Positions 59,989 to 64,000 of a stretch of 64,000 bases of DNA are shown here, piece by piece. The stretch is from Bugula neritina (lineage: Eukaryota > Animalia > Bryozoa). Made by a program: the position numbers and the translations under genes. Every line of letters begins with the position of its first letter. The first letter of the stretch is position 1. The stretch covers positions 33,665,504-33,729,503 of the forward strand of contig OZ037765.1 of NCBI GenBank assembly GCA_964035545.1. The letters are read 5' to 3'. Below the pieces are notes generated by a model that ran no database searches, was not told the DNA's origin, and saw only the letters and a list, made by a program, of their open reading frames with translations.

Positions 59989-62900
59989 ATGGCTGATACT
60001 GCCGAAAGTGTCGGACTGCTGGGAGAGGGAGAACAGCCGACTACAGCTGCCGATGATAAGCCTCCAACTTCTAGTCCCGAGGAGTCAATGCCCAGCCCTG
60101 AGGAGGCGGATACTAATGTAGATGACCCTGAGGTCAATGAGGCTGCCGCAGATGGTGAAGCAGACCCTCCAGCTGCCGTAGAAAACGGTAAACCAGCCAA
60201 TGAAATTGCCGATGTCAGCGTGGAGATACTGGGAACTGGAGGTGAATGGGTCTATTACTACTATGACTGTATACTCTACTACTGTGACTGTATACTCTAC
60301 TACTGTGACTGTATACTCTACTACTGTGACTGTATACTCTACTACTGTGACTGTATACTCTACTACTGTGACTGTATACTCTACTACTGTGACTGTCTAC
60401 TCTACTACTGTGACTGTATACTCTACTACTGTGACTGTATACTCTGCTACTGTGACTGTATACTCTACTACTGTGACTGTATACTCTGCTACTGTGACTC
60501 TATACTCTACTACTGTGACTCTATACTCTACTACTGTGACTGTCTACTCTACTACTGTGACTCTATACTCTACAGTATAGTGTAATACTGTGGTGTAAAT
60601 GCTATGAGATTGTCACTATCAATATCACACTTCTGCTGATACAACTGGCAGACAAACTAATTAATAAAACATGTGGTTTAGCTTGACAAATCTGCCTATT
60701 AGATACTGGAAATCCTTTCAAGATTAGTCACTGACCCGTTGAATAGAAACTATGCTATGGAAAGTGGGTCAACACGCCGTGTGTAGTGAACCTTCCTTCA
60801 CCCTTTGTTAGTGTAGAAACTTAGCTCAGGATTTGGCAGTTTTATTAAAAGCTTCGACTTTTGTACCTTTGGCATGATTTGTTGGTGGTACCCCAGTGTA
60901 TTATGCAACATTGTAAAGAAAACATTGCTAGTGGGAGATGAAAGTGTGAACAGCTGGCATGAACCAGCTCTCCCATTCAATGCTCAAAATTTTGAAAACA
61001 TGCTGGTACTGCTATACTTGTGAGGTGTTGCTATATTTAGTGAGCAGTTTCTTCTGTCAATAGTTAGAGCATGTGTGTGTTACATGCAGCTAGTGTGATA
61101 GTATTGTGGTCAGTATTGTGTCTACTGTAGTGTATAGTGTATACTGTGTACTATACACTACAGTATACACTATACACTACATTATACGCTATACACTACA
61201 TTATACACTATACACTACATTATACACTATACACTACATTATACACTATACACTACATTATACACTATGCACTACATTATACACTATACACTACATTATA
61301 CTATACACTACATTATACACTGTACACTACATTATACACTATACACTACATTATACACTATACACTACAGTGTCTGGGCCCCATGCGACCTGATCCAACT
61401 ATATTAACAAATAATTAACTGATGTTGATTTTATTAGCTATGAATTATCACTATGCCACTACTGTGTAATATGATAGCTCTCTGACAGATGAGTGGTTAC
61501 TGCGGGTTGCCTTACCCCCCCCCTCCTACTATTCACGTGAATCTGGTCTCCATTGTGTGTTGGTGAAAGCATGTTTGGAATGACTAAGATAACAGTAGGT
61601 CATAAAGCACGTGTTATTCTATCCCCAGCTACTACTCTACAGGGCTCTCAGTAAGCTCTGTTACACGCACTAGGTAGGATATAGATAGGCTCATCTCTCC
61701 TCTACGTGTTATTCCAGAATCTTCTCTCTGCAGACTATAATTACTACTGAAGGCTGTTATTTGTATCTGATACTCAAGTATCCAGTGGTCTAGCTTGTTT
61801 ACAGACAAATTACTGCTATTAACTGAATAAATAAATAACTTTATCTGAGGTGTGTTAGGAAGCCAGCTGCTATGCTAATGCTAGTCCGAGCTCTACACGA
61901 CTGTAGACTGTCCTAGCCCTGGGCTATGGTCTTGTCCTTCACCTCGCGTGTCTTGAGCTAGTCATACCCTCAGTCCTCTAATATAAATTCAAGTTTTTTC
62001 TGTTTTCAAATATTTTTGCCACTGATTTGCCATCACAGAGTTTCCAATAAAAATAAGGAAACTGTTCAGTCTGTCGTTGTAGACTGTGGACTCTTCTTTT
62101 GCAGCGGGAACGTCTGCGGGCTATGTGGAGGTGCCCCAGGATGCTCAGTCTGTGGGCAGTGAAGAGTCTAAAGCTAAGTCTAAAAAGAAGGAGCCCCCCA
62201 TGGTCAGTCTGGGACAAGTGGTAAGATCTCGCTCTATTCTATGATTTTATCACCCATTAGCCTGAGGCCTCAAGTCCTGACAGTCTGCAGGAAGGCAAAG
62301 CCCCTCAATTAGCAGAAGAGTCATAGAAGATTGGCAGCTTCAAATGTTTGATACTCCGTCTTTATGGGCTGTAAATATTTAGTTTTGTGTTTCCCAACCG
62401 ATCTACTAGCTGTGGGCTGTCTGGGCAGAGTTGGCTGTGGGCTGTCTGGGACAGAGTTGGCTGTGGCCAACAAATACAACTTCAAATCTCTGTATGGGAT
62501 CTATTCTGCTGGTGGTGGTGACTCATGTGCTAATTGCTGCCGGTTTGTTTTAGCTTCGATACGCTGACAGTATGGACAAGCTGTTTATGTTCATCGGTTC
62601 CGTGGCCGCTGTGGTGCACGGCTGTGGCTTCCCCATCATGATGCTCGTGTTTGGCAGAATGCTTGACCAGTTCCTCGACACAGGGCAGCTCTGTGACATC
62701 TGTGCCAATCTCACTGACGTCATCGCTGACTTTAACAGTCAGCAGAATGACAGCGACTTTACTTGTGACACTTTCCTCAGCTCCAGTCCTGAAGATCTGG
62801 CGATTACTAAGTGAGTGACACCTACTGACTCAATACAGTACGTAGTCTGACACCTACTGACTCAATACAGTACATAGTCTGACACCTACTGTCAGTAATA

Positions 62901-63747
62901 TCACTTCACATTGCAGTCACGGTGGTGGTGAAATGATGGCATTTTGGAACAAATTCTGAATTCTGTTTACTCATAAGAATTGAGAAATAGAGTGCTATTT
63001 TTTGTCATTATAAAGTTGTAAAATATTAAAATGCTTCAAAGAGTTTGTCAACTGATGGCCTGATAGAAGCGCAATTGTATGTCATGAGACAGATGACTAC
63101 AATATTCTTCAACTCTTTACTATTGCATTTTTACAGGAATTTCTTCACTTACCAAAATCAAGTCCTTGGTGCCAATGACACTGGCTTACCACAGACCTTT
63201 GAGCAAGATGAACTTTTGGCCAACATGGTGCAATTCTCTATCTATTATATAGGTCAGTATTATGACATCACTCTGTGTATATATCTTATATAGGTCAGTA
63301 TTATGACATCACTCTGTGTATATATCTTATATAAGTCAGTATTATGACATCACTCTGCGTATATATCTTATATAGGTCAGTATTATGACATCACTCTGTG
63401 TATATATCTTATATAGGTCAGTATTATGACATCACTCTGCGTATATATCTTATATAGGTCAGTATTATGACATCACTCTGTATATATATCTTATATAGGT
63501 CAGTATTATGACATCACTCTGTATATATATCTTATATAGGTCAATAACAAGAGCTCTCATTATGTTTTGTTTTAGCTATTGGAGCCGGAGTGTTTTTGTG
63601 CTCGTACCTGCAGATGACTTTCTGGTGTCTTGCGGCCAAGAGACAGGCCCGGAGAATTCGTCTCATGTTTTATAAAGCAACTCTGAGACAGAATATCGGT
63701 TGGTTTGACGTGAATCCATCAGGAGAGCTGAGCACTAGACTTGCAGA
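59989..63747 (+). CDS. ABCB1: ABCB1/MDR1-type (P-glycoprotein) ABC transporter, 5' part (runs off the window)
   Basis: Exons 59989-60241, 62105 (or 62083)-62220, 62554-62810, 63137-63252, 63576-63747. Motifs LRYADSMDKLFMFIGSVAAVVHGCGFP, YLQMTFWCLAAKRQARRIR and LRQNIGWFDVNPSGELSTRL. Paralog assignment (B1/B4/B11-like) is not resolvable here. Confidence 0.9.
60255..60572. repeat. Intronic minisatellite, 21-bp unit
   Basis: tactactgtgactgtatactc, starting about 13 bp after the donor. Confidence 0.95.
61150..61369. repeat. Intronic minisatellite, 19-bp unit
   Basis: ctatacactacattataca. Confidence 0.93.
63245..63543 (+). repeat. 41-bp repeat containing the donor ATAG|GTCAGT (8 copies)
   Basis: First GT at 63253 and last at 63540, a distance of 7 x 41. 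Confidence 0.95.
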
Positions 63748-63760
63748 GTGAGTGAGACCA

Positions 63761-64000
63761 CAGTACTTCTAGTAGTACTAGTACTTCTAGTACTAGTACT
63801 ACTAGTACTACTACTAGTACTACTACTACTACTACTACTAGTACTAGAAGTACTTCTAGTACTACTAATACTACTACTACTAGTACTTCTACTACTACTA
63901 GTACTACTACTACTAGTACTTCTACTGCTACTACTACTAGTACTACTACTAGTACTACGACAACTACTACTACTACTACTAGTACTACTACTAGTACTAC
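63761..64000. repeat. (TAC)n/ACTAGT low-complexity tract
   Basis: Seen directly after the donor at 63748. Confidence 0.92.

Noticed and set aside
61860-61980. GC-richer intronic patch as a snoRNA, tRNA or SINE
   Set aside because: No convincing C/D, H/ACA or A/B boxes, and no cloverleaf found.

Overview
AT-rich, intron-rich animal DNA, probably from an invertebrate. There is no sign of prokaryotic organisation. Gene models were spliced by hand from GT-AG sites and reading-frame phases. (1) The 5' part of a minus-strand LRR gene, with four tandemly duplicated 138-nt LRR exons that differ mainly at predicted ligand-facing residues. (2) Two nested Ty3/Gypsy LTR retrotransposons. Both have apparently identical LTR pairs, a TSD, a PBS and a PPT, and both lack reverse transcriptase. 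The outer one (7792-17459) has gag, a -1 frameshift signal, protease, only the integrase zinc finger, and an extra apparently spliced C2H2/C2HC zinc-finger plus coiled-coil ORF. The inner one (9502-13905) is a Gmr1-type PR-IN-[RT deleted]-RH-tail element inserted next to the outer protease active-site motif. (3) A Kolobok-like MITE. (4) An uncharacterised 10-exon gene of about 1080 aa. (5) EFR3, 19 exons, plus strand. (6) BORA, 8 exons, minus strand, convergent with EFR3. (7) The 5' part of an ABCB1/MDR1-type transporter. Many introns carry their own private minisatellite abutting a splice site or duplicating it, for example 54 tandem donor copies in one EFR3 intron. Most ORFs in the supplied track that fall in repeats are spurious.
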